A DNA stretch of 47,398 nucleotides from a virus (IMGVR_UViG_3300024286_000006:1-47398); one strand, 5' to 3'; numbered from the stretch's first letter, positions 1-7,615 are shown. Numbers and translations: made by a program. Notes: generated by a model not told the origin, from the letters alone.

Positions 1-1230
1 GCCGTTATGGTAAGGTAACGTCGTGTTCAGTACTGTATCGATATAGTACAGCGATGTGGCGGTGTAGTGTTGTTGGGTAATGTGATGTTGCGGTATAGTG
101 CTGCAATGTGCAGTCTTGGTAAGGTGCCGCAATGTACAGTCGAGGTACAGAGGTGTTTTGTACAGCAAAGGTATAGTGTAGTCGTGCACAGTGTTGGTAC
201 AGTGTTGTTTTGTATCGTGCCGTCAAGTGTTGGTCTAGTGCAGTTCTGTGTCGAACGTGTAGGTACAGTTTTGTATCGTGTAGTGATGGTGAAGCGCCGT
301 TCAGTTGGGGTATTGTCAAGTCCTGTACAGTTCGGTGATGGTTAAGTAGGGCGCTGTTCTGTGTCGGTGGAGTGAAGTTCAGTAGGGGTATTGTAGAGTG
401 GGGTCTGATTTGGGTTGCGTAACGGTAACGTATCCCAACGTTAGGTGATGGTACAGTTAGGTTGTGTGATGTAATGGTAAGGTTGTGTTGAGCGGCGTGT
501 AGGTAACGTAATGTTAAGTACTGGTAGTGTAAAGTAAGGTGACGGTGGAGTGGGGTGGAGTCAGGTAAAATGCAGTGCCGGTAAAGCGCGGTACGGTATC
601 GGTAAAGCGCAGTGAAGTCCTGTCATGGTGGAGTGGAGCGCCGTAATGTCGGGTGTCGGTACAGTGAAGTGTTGTGGTGGTTGAGTGGAGTGGCGTTAAG
701 TATTGGTAACGCAAAGTTGGGTCAGGTAGTGGTAAGGTAGAGTGAAGTTATGTCACGGTAAAGTTGAGTACTCTGACGTTGCGGTAAGGTACAGTGGAGT
801 CGTGTTGGGGTAAAGTTGCGTAGAATACTCTGACGTCGCGGTATGGTGGAGTGTCGGTTAAGTAATGTGCAGCAATGTTGCGTAGAGGTATAGTGCAGTT
901 TAGTGTAGTTGGGTGCTGGTATCGTGTACTTCGGTGGCGTGATGGTATGGTATAGTCCAGTCTCGTCACGGTACAGTATGGTACCGTAGAGTGTCGTCAG
1001 GGTAATGTACCATTTTGTCTAGTGTCGTCGTGGTAAGGTACAGTGTTGTTCAGTGGCGGTAATGTGATGTGTCGTAAAGATCGTAAAGGTAAGGTGCGGT
1101 TATGTAGCGTATTGGTAAAGTCTAGTTAGGTGATGGTAAAGTGACGTTAGGCGACGGTACAGTGAGGTGACGTGGAGTAGAGGTGAAGTTCAGTCCGGTT
1201 TAGTGCCGGTATTGTTCCGTACAGTGTCGT
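1..1230 (+). repeat. Periodic NNN-GT pentamer array with NNN-GGT hexamer punctuation (~26-nt units); candidate non-coding guide-like RNA array, 5'-truncated by window
   Basis: Hand parse, e.g. aaggt-gccgc-aatgt-acagt-cgaggt / atagt-gtagt-cgtgc-acagt-gttggt / aaggt-agagt-gaagt-tatgt-cacggt. GT (sometimes GC) recurs every 5 nt with a variable triplet between; ~47 hexamers; ends abruptly at 1230 before the RBS of the next gene; no continuous ORF. The pattern is certain, the RNA function is inferred. Confidence 0.9.
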
Positions 1231-1260
1231 GAATCAAAATTAGGAGAGGAGAAAATATGA

Positions 1261-1815
1261 ATGGCTCAATTAACATCAGGTGAGAAACTTTCTCTTGCGC
1301 AGCAAGGGGCATATGGATGCACGATTCGATGTGACAACCCAGATTGCGGGAAACCAATTCTGCAACCAATCCACTTTACCGGACCAAAAGGTAGAGGGGA
1401 GTTTTGCTCTCGCGAGTGCCGCGATGCCGTTCACGGTGAACGAACCAAGCTAAAGCGAAAGTATAAAGACCTTGCAGGACTTGGGTACGTTCCACTACTT
1501 GGGTCTGATGTTGATCGCATCGAACATCAAGTGATGGAATGGATCATCTGCAAGCCGCACGAACAGAATTGGAACTTCAACACCATCGTTAAAATGATGA
1601 AGGGAACTGATCGTGGCGCCATTCGTGAAGCCATCAACGGGTTGCTTGAAGACAAAACACTTTACCGCGTTGGTCGAACAATGTCGATCAGCAAACCAGA
1701 TGAACATCGCGAAGCCCACAAAGAGTTCAGACGGGAGGTCGGGAAGGAACAGCGATTGAAAGAGCGAAAGAAGAAACTGCGAGAGAAGGAGCGTGAGAAG
1801 AGCAACGGCGCATAA
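1261..1815 (+). CDS. Putative DNA-binding protein (Cys zinc finger + winged-helix-like segment + basic tail)
   Basis: Strong RBS (aggagaggag); CDNPDC...FCSRECR zinc-finger pattern; WNFNTIVKMM...AIREAINGLLEDKTLYRVG resembles a wHTH; K/R/E-rich C-terminus. Confidence 0.55.
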   Translation: MAQLTSGEKLSLAQQGAYGCTIRCDNPDCGKPILQPIHFTGPKGRGEFCSRECRDAVHGERTKLKRKYKDLAGLGYVPLLGSDVDRIEHQVMEWIICKPHEQNWNFNTIVKMMKGTDRGAIREAINGLLEDKTLYRVGRTMSISKPDEHREAHKEFRREVGKEQRLKERKKKLREKEREKSNGA

Positions 1816-1950
1816 GCCAGCAGAAAGCACCTATCCTCGGTACAGGCACTCAATATGCGGTAGGTGCTCAAGATCCGGCTATATGGGTAGCAATAGGGGT
1901 AAAATCTCACCGTACGAGGTGCTCAGATACCGAGAATGGAGGTTTTTATC

Positions 1951-2070
1951 ATGGTTAAAACGGTGCTTGCTCTAGCGGTGCTCGCAACCGTAGTCATTCC
2001 CGCATGCTTAATTCTGCGATCAATCTGTGGGTCGGTCAACGATCACCAGAAGGTTGAGCCCAGAAAATGA
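1951..2070 (+). CDS. Small membrane protein (39 aa, not in ORF track)
   Basis: GGAGG RBS; MVKTVLALAVLATVVIPACLIL hydrophobic stretch; ATGA overlap with next gene. Confidence 0.5.
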   Translation: MVKTVLALAVLATVVIPACLILRSICGSVNDHQKVEPRK

Positions 2071-2333
2071 CACGTGATGAATTTCTCAGAAAGAAAAGAG
2101 GTATTGAGGCGTTCATTGCCGAGGGCTCGCATGTTCCAACTGCCAGAATTATTGAACTGTTGGAGTATGCGTTGACAGTTGAGAAACACTCAGCCACCAT
2201 AGTGAGTCATCTGCAATCGATTGAAGGGCTCACTAACGTGTACGGCATTTCGCCGGAAGAGGCAGTGAAGTTTCTTTTTATGTATGAGGCAGTTTACTTT
2301 GAGGAGGAAATTGACAGATGCCGTGTACAATAA
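2067..2333 (+). CDS. Hypothetical protein
   Basis: 88-aa ORF translationally coupled (ATGA) to the upstream ORF. Confidence 0.6.
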   Translation: MTRDEFLRKKRGIEAFIAEGSHVPTARIIELLEYALTVEKHSATIVSHLQSIEGLTNVYGISPEEAVKFLFMYEAVYFEEEIDRCRVQ

Positions 2334-2594
2334 CTGGAACTCTCGAAGGTGACGCTCGGTTGGCGATGGAAGAGGCGCTTTTAGACAAATCGAAGCTTGT
2401 GAAAAAGTATCGAAAAGAGAAACTCAAAGCTTACTCAAATGCTGTGTGCTGCCATGAAAGCAATTTCTGAGTACGAAATTGGCAGCGACTACCCGCCACT
2501 TGTTCCAGACGAAAATTGGGTATGGTGGCAACAGCACGACAAGCAAGATCAGAAAGGCAAGCAAGCAAAGAAAAAGAAGAAAGGAGCACGATGA
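2318..2594 (+). pseudogene. Apparently frameshifted small phage gene (MPC...LTQMLC...WWQQHD)
   Basis: RBS gaggagg + ATG 2318 gives MPCTITGTLEG...; the +1 frame continues KLTQMLCAAMK...WVWWQQHDKQD...KGAR* and ends in an ATGA overlap with 2591; removing one A near 2420 joins the halves. Confidence 0.45.
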
Positions 2595-3196
2595 ATCCAG
2601 TTCAGTATATGGTCTTGCAGTGTGAGCAACTCTCGAAGGCGGACAAAGAATTGGTCGTTGCAAAGCTTGCCAACGTTCGATCGGTTCAAGACGCGTTCGC
2701 TTTGGTCGATGCGAAAGAGGGGTGGGGCTACAAAGTAGTTGACCATCACGGAAACGTCGGCGTGATAACTTTTCGTGGAGTTGAAGCAGCGTTGCTTTAC
2801 AGACGAAACGTTGTCAAGGTTGAACCATTTCCCCAAGACCCGCTTCCCGAGGGTATCATCACTGATCCGCTCGATGCATGGAAGCGAGTCGATCTACTCG
2901 GCGTGTCGCCAAAGAACATTGCTCAAAAGGTTGGCGGGGCTTACGCTGAGATGAAGCAGAGAGTCCAACTCTTCATGCAAGAACTAAAAGCCAAAGAAGA
3001 AATAATTGAGGCGCAAGAAGACGCGCTGTCAACGTTGAGAGTTACGGTAGCTGGCTATCAAGCCAAAGAGAAACGTGGAGAAGCAAATGCAGACACTACA
3101 ACGAAAGAAAACATCGAGCCGAATAGTCATGGGAAAGATCGGCCGACCCAACGCCCAGCCCGGCACCGTTCGAATAAGCGAAGCCGGCGTCATTAG
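2591..3196 (+). CDS. Hypothetical protein with C-terminal coiled coil
   Basis: AAGGAG RBS before ATG 2591 (MNPVQY), preferred over the track's 2516 start; heptad-like C-terminal half. Confidence 0.65.
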   Translation: MNPVQYMVLQCEQLSKADKELVVAKLANVRSVQDAFALVDAKEGWGYKVVDHHGNVGVITFRGVEAALLYRRNVVKVEPFPQDPLPEGIITDPLDAWKRVDLLGVSPKNIAQKVGGAYAEMKQRVQLFMQELKAKEEIIEAQEDALSTLRVTVAGYQAKEKRGEANADTTTKENIEPNSHGKDRPTQRPARHRSNKRSRRH

Positions 3197-3455
3197 ACTT
3201 TCTCCCGATCTGTGCATTGGTGACTCGTTTTATGCAAAGATCGAAGAAAAAGAAATCACACTGATCCGCTCGGATGAAATCGGCGGGTTACGTGTGTTCA
3301 AGTCGGCAGAGAAGTCCCAAAGCAAATTGATGTCAGCCATGAAAGTTTTTCGTGTGATGGGCATCAAACCAGAAACCATCGCAGGAGTTTACGCAGCCAA
3401 GGTAGTTGATGGAGAAAGGGTGGTGATCGATCTTCGCAAACGAGTTGGACTGTGA
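3087..3455 (+). CDS. Hypothetical protein, possibly AbrB-like beta-barrel DNA-binding protein
   Basis: GGAG RBS; TVRISEAGVIRLSPDLCIGDSFYAKIEEKEITLI resembles the AbrB/MazE swapped-hairpin pattern. Confidence 0.45.
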   Translation: MQTLQRKKTSSRIVMGKIGRPNAQPGTVRISEAGVIRLSPDLCIGDSFYAKIEEKEITLIRSDEIGGLRVFKSAEKSQSKLMSAMKVFRVMGIKPETIAGVYAAKVVDGERVVIDLRKRVGL

Positions 3456-3571
3456 AGCGGTTAGTCGAAAAAGTTCAAGCCTGGCTGGCTGATGAAGCAA
3501 ACCAGTTAGCATTGGCCGCAATTGTAGTTTTGATTGTAGTTGTGGGATTGATGGTCCTCACGGGCCACTAA
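3452..3571 (+). CDS. Small single-TM protein (39 aa, not in ORF track)
   Basis: GTGA overlap with upstream stop; MKRLVEKVQAWLADEANQLALAAIVVLIVVVGLMVLTGH. Confidence 0.5.
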   Translation: MKRLVEKVQAWLADEANQLALAAIVVLIVVVGLMVLTGH

Positions 3572-3624
3572 GTAAGTTCCCAGCAGTACAAATCCGCAAA
3601 ATTAAATCACTCAGGAGAACGTCG

Positions 3625-3804
3625 ATGAAGAACGTATTGTTACGGTTGTGGAAGGACGAGTCGGGTCAAGACCTGACCGAGTACGCGTTGTTGCTCGTGT
3701 TGCTCGCGTTAGCTGCGATTGGTTCTCTCAGTGCATTGGCTACGGCAATTAACGGGGTCTGGGTCAATGTCGCCAGCAACCTTTCGCAGAACACAGGCAC
3801 CTAA
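3625..3804 (+). CDS. flp: Flp/Fap family type IVb pilin (59 aa, below ORF-track cutoff)
   Basis: AGGAG RBS; MKNVLLRLWKDESG|QDLTEYALLLVLLALAAIGSLSALATAINGVWVNVASNL: charged leader, G at the prepilin cleavage site, E+5/Y+6 Flp motif, hydrophobic helix. Confidence 0.9.
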   Translation: MKNVLLRLWKDESGQDLTEYALLLVLLALAAIGSLSALATAINGVWVNVASNLSQNTGT

Positions 3805-3806
3805 CC

Positions 3807-3938
3807 ATGTGGCGAGACATAATCACTGTGGTTTGGTACTGTCTTACAGATGGACCAACTCGAACGCACCTGGCATTTGAGTTGGGGGTTCCACTGTCGA
3901 TGTTTGTGGCTGTTGTAGTCCTTCGACGGTTGCGCTAA
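3807..3938 (+). CDS. Small hydrophobic protein (43 aa, not in ORF track)
   Basis: ATG 2 nt after the pilin stop; MWRDIITVVWYCLTDGPTRTHLAFELGVPLSMFVAVVVLRRLR; ends just before a terminator. Confidence 0.45.
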   Translation: MWRDIITVVWYCLTDGPTRTHLAFELGVPLSMFVAVVVLRRLR

Positions 3939-3945
3939 GAGGTAA

Positions 3946-3981
3946 ACCGGGTCTGTCTTCGGGCAGGCCCGGTACTCTTTT
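3946..3981 (+). terminator. Rho-independent terminator closing the early small-gene cluster
   Basis: accgggtctgtc-TTCG-ggcaggcccggt stem with cUUCGg loop followed by actctttt. Confidence 0.8.
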
Positions 3982-4051
3982 CGTTGACCTCACGCGCAAT
4001 ACTAATAGGCAACTTCTCATTGGGAGGCACGCGTAACGCAATACTGGATGC

Positions 4052-6073
4052 GTGATCCTTCAGGCAATTCGTCAGTTGCACGGTAACCTTCAAGCACGCT
4101 TTGCCCGTCACATCCGAACTAAAGAAATCGTCAAAGTAATGTCTGGTGCTCACATGAAGGAGTTGGCGACAACTCCCGGTGAGCAATGGCCGTTGATGAA
4201 GCAGAAACATGCCGAAGAAATTCGTGCCGTGCGTGATGGTAAGTTCGATATAGTTGATCGCAGGTCGTGGGCTTGGCCGTATCTCCCCGAAGCACTCCAC
4301 CGTCTGAACCAGCCTATTCTCAAAAACACTCCCTATAATCTCCGCAGGTTCTCCGAAACGCCAATCCCGCGGCGTGCTATCAACCTAATCAAAAACGCCA
4401 TCTTGCATCTAAAATGGGAGATCGAAGCCGAGCCTGACCTCGAGAATGAAGGTAACGAGCAAGAACGCAAAAAGCGGATTCGGATTCTGACCAACGTCTT
4501 TCGTCGCCCGAACAACGTTGACAGTTACTTTACTTTTCTTGAGGCGGTAGCGGAAGACATTATCATCGGCGGTTACGGGTGCATCGAGCCGCGCATGACT
4601 CCGTTCTATAAGCGGCCGTTGAAAATGTGGGCGGTGGACGGTTCAACGATTCGCATCTACGCCGATTGGACAGAATCGCAGCCCGACCGTCCACACTATG
4701 CACAGATGACAGGCTTGAAGGGCGAACGCGGCATTGTCGGCTTCATGCACGATGAACTGGTCTATATCAAAGACAATGTGCGGTCGAGCACTCCGTTCGG
4801 CATCGGCAAGTTAGAAGTAGCATTCAACACTGTGAACGCTTTCTTAGGCGTTCAGGATATGGCATCGAAGGCTGGATCAGATCAGGTCCACAAAACGATG
4901 CTGTGGTGGGAGCAACCGCAAAACCCCGGCCACCTTCAAACCATTCGGCGGTATACGCAGAATGAAATGGAAGGGCAATCTAAAATCAGTATGATTGCTG
5001 GCTTGAAAAAGCCGGAAGTAATTGACATCAAGGCAGTGCTCCCAGACGATCTTCTGTTAGAATGGCAAGAGTTCCTCATCCGCATTATCGCCAACGCATT
5101 TGACATCTCCCCGTTCTCCCTCGGTCTTGAAAAAGACGTCAACCGCAACACCGGTCTGATTATGAACCTGTCAGATTTCCGCGGTGCTGTGGTCCCAATG
5201 GCAATTCGCATCGCAGAGGCGTTGACCCGCGACTTGATTCACGGGTTCTTGGGCTGGAAAGACCTGAAGTTTACGTTCAAGCAACTCGATGACCCAGACG
5301 AGTTGACCAAGGTACAGATTCAGCAACGCGAATATCTAATGAACGCTATCACCCCTGACGAAATGCGCAAAGAAAAGGGGCGCCCGGAATTGCCGATGGG
5401 TTTTGGCAAGCTGACCGCTGGTATGTGGCAGATTCTAGTCACAGAAGCAGCGGCAATGGTCAAAGCGAAAATGGGTGGTGGTGCTGGTGCAGCAGGTGGA
5501 GCGGGAGGCAACGCGCCGATTATGCCTGGCGCTGGAAGTTACGCAGGCGGAGGGCCAGGCGCAGGCGCAAGCATGCCGGGTGGTGGCAGCAGTGGCGCTG
5601 GTGCTGCGATGCCTTCCGCTTCAGGTGGTGGGGCTGGCGGTATGCGCATGCTGAGTAGCGCCATTCACCCAGAAGGTGTATTCGCGGAAGACGACCTCCC
5701 GAATATGACGCCAGAAGAGGTCGAGTACTACCAGCAAATGCAAATGTTGCCAAAGGGCAACTTCATGGATCAGTTATCGCCTGGCATACTCGTTCAGATG
5801 TCAGAAGAGTTGAAAGAGTTTCTTGAGATGCAGGAAGAGGAAGACGAGGACAAGATCGACAAGCCGCAAAAGGTTACGGCGAAAGATGAACGCGAGCAAC
5901 TCGTCAAATTTGAAGACTCCTTAAGAAAACCTACGGTGATGGAGCGGTTCCTGAACGATCGCTATTCAGGTAAGCCATCTGCTGGAGGGTTCGATCCTCT
6001 TGGCAGTAACGGGCAGCCGAAGGTTCGTGGCAAATATCCACGATCGGGTGGACGTCGGGGAGACTATCGGTGA
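4052..6073 (+). CDS. Portal protein with Gly/Ala/Met-rich C-terminal extension
   Basis: Portal-like motifs (RRPN...FLEAVAEDIIIGG, DELVYI...STPFGIGKLE, EFLIRIIANAFDISP, AITPDEMR...GRPEL); first gene of head module; exact start uncertain. Confidence 0.85.
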   Translation: MILQAIRQLHGNLQARFARHIRTKEIVKVMSGAHMKELATTPGEQWPLMKQKHAEEIRAVRDGKFDIVDRRSWAWPYLPEALHRLNQPILKNTPYNLRRFSETPIPRRAINLIKNAILHLKWEIEAEPDLENEGNEQERKKRIRILTNVFRRPNNVDSYFTFLEAVAEDIIIGGYGCIEPRMTPFYKRPLKMWAVDGSTIRIYADWTESQPDRPHYAQMTGLKGERGIVGFMHDELVYIKDNVRSSTPFGIGKLEVAFNTVNAFLGVQDMASKAGSDQVHKTMLWWEQPQNPGHLQTIRRYTQNEMEGQSKISMIAGLKKPEVIDIKAVLPDDLLLEWQEFLIRIIANAFDISPFSLGLEKDVNRNTGLIMNLSDFRGAVVPMAIRIAEALTRDLIHGFLGWKDLKFTFKQLDDPDELTKVQIQQREYLMNAITPDEMRKEKGRPELPMGFGKLTAGMWQILVTEAAAMVKAKMGGGAGAAGGAGGNAPIMPGAGSYAGGGPGAGASMPGGGSSGAGAAMPSASGGGAGGMRMLSSAIHPEGVFAEDDLPNMTPEEVEYYQQMQMLPKGNFMDQLSPGILVQMSEELKEFLEMQEEEDEDKIDKPQKVTAKDEREQLVKFEDSLRKPTVMERFLNDRYSGKPSAGGFDPLGSNGQPKVRGKYPRSGGRRGDYR

Positions 6074-7599
6074 GGGTGAAACTCAAGAGTCTCCATCTTG
6101 CTGCAATGGGCTGCGTCGGTGACTGCTCCATCGACGCAGCCGATAAAGCACATCCTAACAAACTTCCTTTTAGTGGCACACTTCTTATTCTTGACACCGC
6201 AAGCAACAAACCCCCGCATGGCTCTGAAGGTCATCGCATATACGTTCCCACCGCAGCGGCCAAGCGCCGACTCAATACACTAATCAACATGGGGTTAAAC
6301 TATGCCTCAACCCTAGACACGCACGCACCACGCCGAAAGGTTGGCGTGATTACCGGCGCATGGATCGACGGTAAGAAACTTATGGTGCGCGGGTTCATTT
6401 GGAAAAAAGATTTTCCTGAAGCAGCCAAAGACCTGAAGCAAGGTCGTATTGGAATGTCGATGGAATTAGCTGATGTGTATGTTCGCTCAAAAGATGAGGA
6501 CGTTTGGCACTTAGAGGATTTTCATTTCTCGGGGGCAACGGCGTTGTTCAAATCAGCCGCGGCCTATTCAAGCACGGCCTTAGCGGCGGCAGCCGCTCTG
6601 GCACGTTTAGGAGGCAGTGCGATGGAAAAGAAAAAGAAAATTGCACGAGTGGCTGCCAGCGGAGATCGGGATTCTCAACTGCTGGTACAGGCACTTGGCG
6701 CGGCTCTCGGGCCAGTCATCGAAGGGGCGATCACCAAGGCTTTCAAGCCCGTCACTTCAATGATGGCTATGCAGAGCAACCGACTCAAGTCGATTGCGGC
6801 AGGCGTTGATGAGATGAAACTAATCTCCATCGAAGCCGGTCACGATCGGGAAGTTGCAGAAGACGAAGAAGAAACGGAAGACATCGAAGCCGACGCCGAT
6901 GAAAACGAATCGGAAGGCGACGAGACTGAAGACATCGAAGCCGAAGGCGAAGAAATGGAAGCCGCGAAGAAAAAGAAAGACGACGGCGGCGACGATGGCG
7001 ACGGTGATGGGGAAGACGACGGAGATGATGAGGACCTTGATGCGGCAATGAGTGATCTTGGCGACGACCCCAGTTCTGTCGGGGAAACGGGCGAAGAGAA
7101 CGACGGTGCCTCAAACAAGGGCGACAAAACAACCCGGACCGGCGGTACCGGAAAATCCAAGAGCATGGCGGTAAAGGCCGCAGCAAACCGCCGTGTGAAG
7201 GCAGGGACGGTGATTATGGGGAGTGCGACCAAGTCGTTGATTCGCGAACTGTATGCCAGCAACCGTGCGATGCGCAAGAAGTTCAAGACCATCAAGGCGC
7301 AGAGTTCGGAAAAGATCGAGACCCTTACCAATCAGGTCGAAGCTTTGCAGGCGCAGGTCGAGAATTACGCAGAACGCGTCGATCGGCGTAGCTTGCCGGC
7401 CGAACTCACCAACTTCCTTGCCAAGGCCGGGCACGACATTGGCGAACTTCGCGCCAATGGTACCAAGTTGTCCGTTTCGCAAATCGATGAGATTTTCGCA
7501 GCGGCTCCGGTCACTCTCGATGTCACAACTCGCATGTGGTTCAAGAACCAACTGGTTGCGGCCAACCTGATGGAGCAAGGGGAAGTCGTTCGCGGTTGA
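6070..7599 (+). CDS. Prohead protease-scaffold fusion
   Basis: Between portal and capsid; N-terminal domain (H...KVGVITGAW...VRGFIW...GMSME...FSGATALFKSAAAY) like phage maturation proteases; acidic linker and coiled-coil C-terminus like a scaffold. Confidence 0.75.
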   Translation: MRVKLKSLHLAAMGCVGDCSIDAADKAHPNKLPFSGTLLILDTASNKPPHGSEGHRIYVPTAAAKRRLNTLINMGLNYASTLDTHAPRRKVGVITGAWIDGKKLMVRGFIWKKDFPEAAKDLKQGRIGMSMELADVYVRSKDEDVWHLEDFHFSGATALFKSAAAYSSTALAAAAALARLGGSAMEKKKKIARVAASGDRDSQLLVQALGAALGPVIEGAITKAFKPVTSMMAMQSNRLKSIAAGVDEMKLISIEAGHDREVAEDEEETEDIEADADENESEGDETEDIEAEGEEMEAAKKKKDDGGDDGDGDGEDDGDDEDLDAAMSDLGDDPSSVGETGEENDGASNKGDKTTRTGGTGKSKSMAVKAAANRRVKAGTVIMGSATKSLIRELYASNRAMRKKFKTIKAQSSEKIETLTNQVEALQAQVENYAERVDRRSLPAELTNFLAKAGHDIGELRANGTKLSVSQIDEIFAAAPVTLDVTTRMWFKNQLVAANLMEQGEVVRG

Positions 7600-7615
7600 C
7601 GCGATAGCGCGTCAA
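7596..7615. promoter_or_regulatory. Perfect inverted repeat upstream of the capsid gene
   Basis: ttgacgcg-atag-cgcgtcaa overlapping the scaffold stop codon; no U-tract. Confidence 0.4.

Noticed and set aside
5-969. ORF-track proteins at 5..319(-), 67..345(+), 514..714(-), 748..969(-)
   Set aside because: Their T/H/Y/L/R or V/C/S/G composition is the translation shadow of the 5-nt GT periodicity; no RBS, no continuous frame, both strands give similar junk
1-1230. Classical CRISPR array, microsatellite or telomere-like repeat
   Set aside because: No identical 23-47-nt direct repeats with spacers and no homogeneous repeat unit; only 2 of every 5 bases are fixed; no cas genes recognised in the window
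3984-4010. Sigma70 promoter for the portal operon (TTGACC ... TACTAAT)
   Set aside because: Spacing is about 10 nt, not 16-18; may be a phage late promoter, but I could not define a convincing shared motif with other late intergenic regions
6785-7331. Long minus-strand Ser/Arg-rich ORFs opposite the scaffold
   Set aside because: Antisense shadows of the acidic GAA/GAC-rich coding strand
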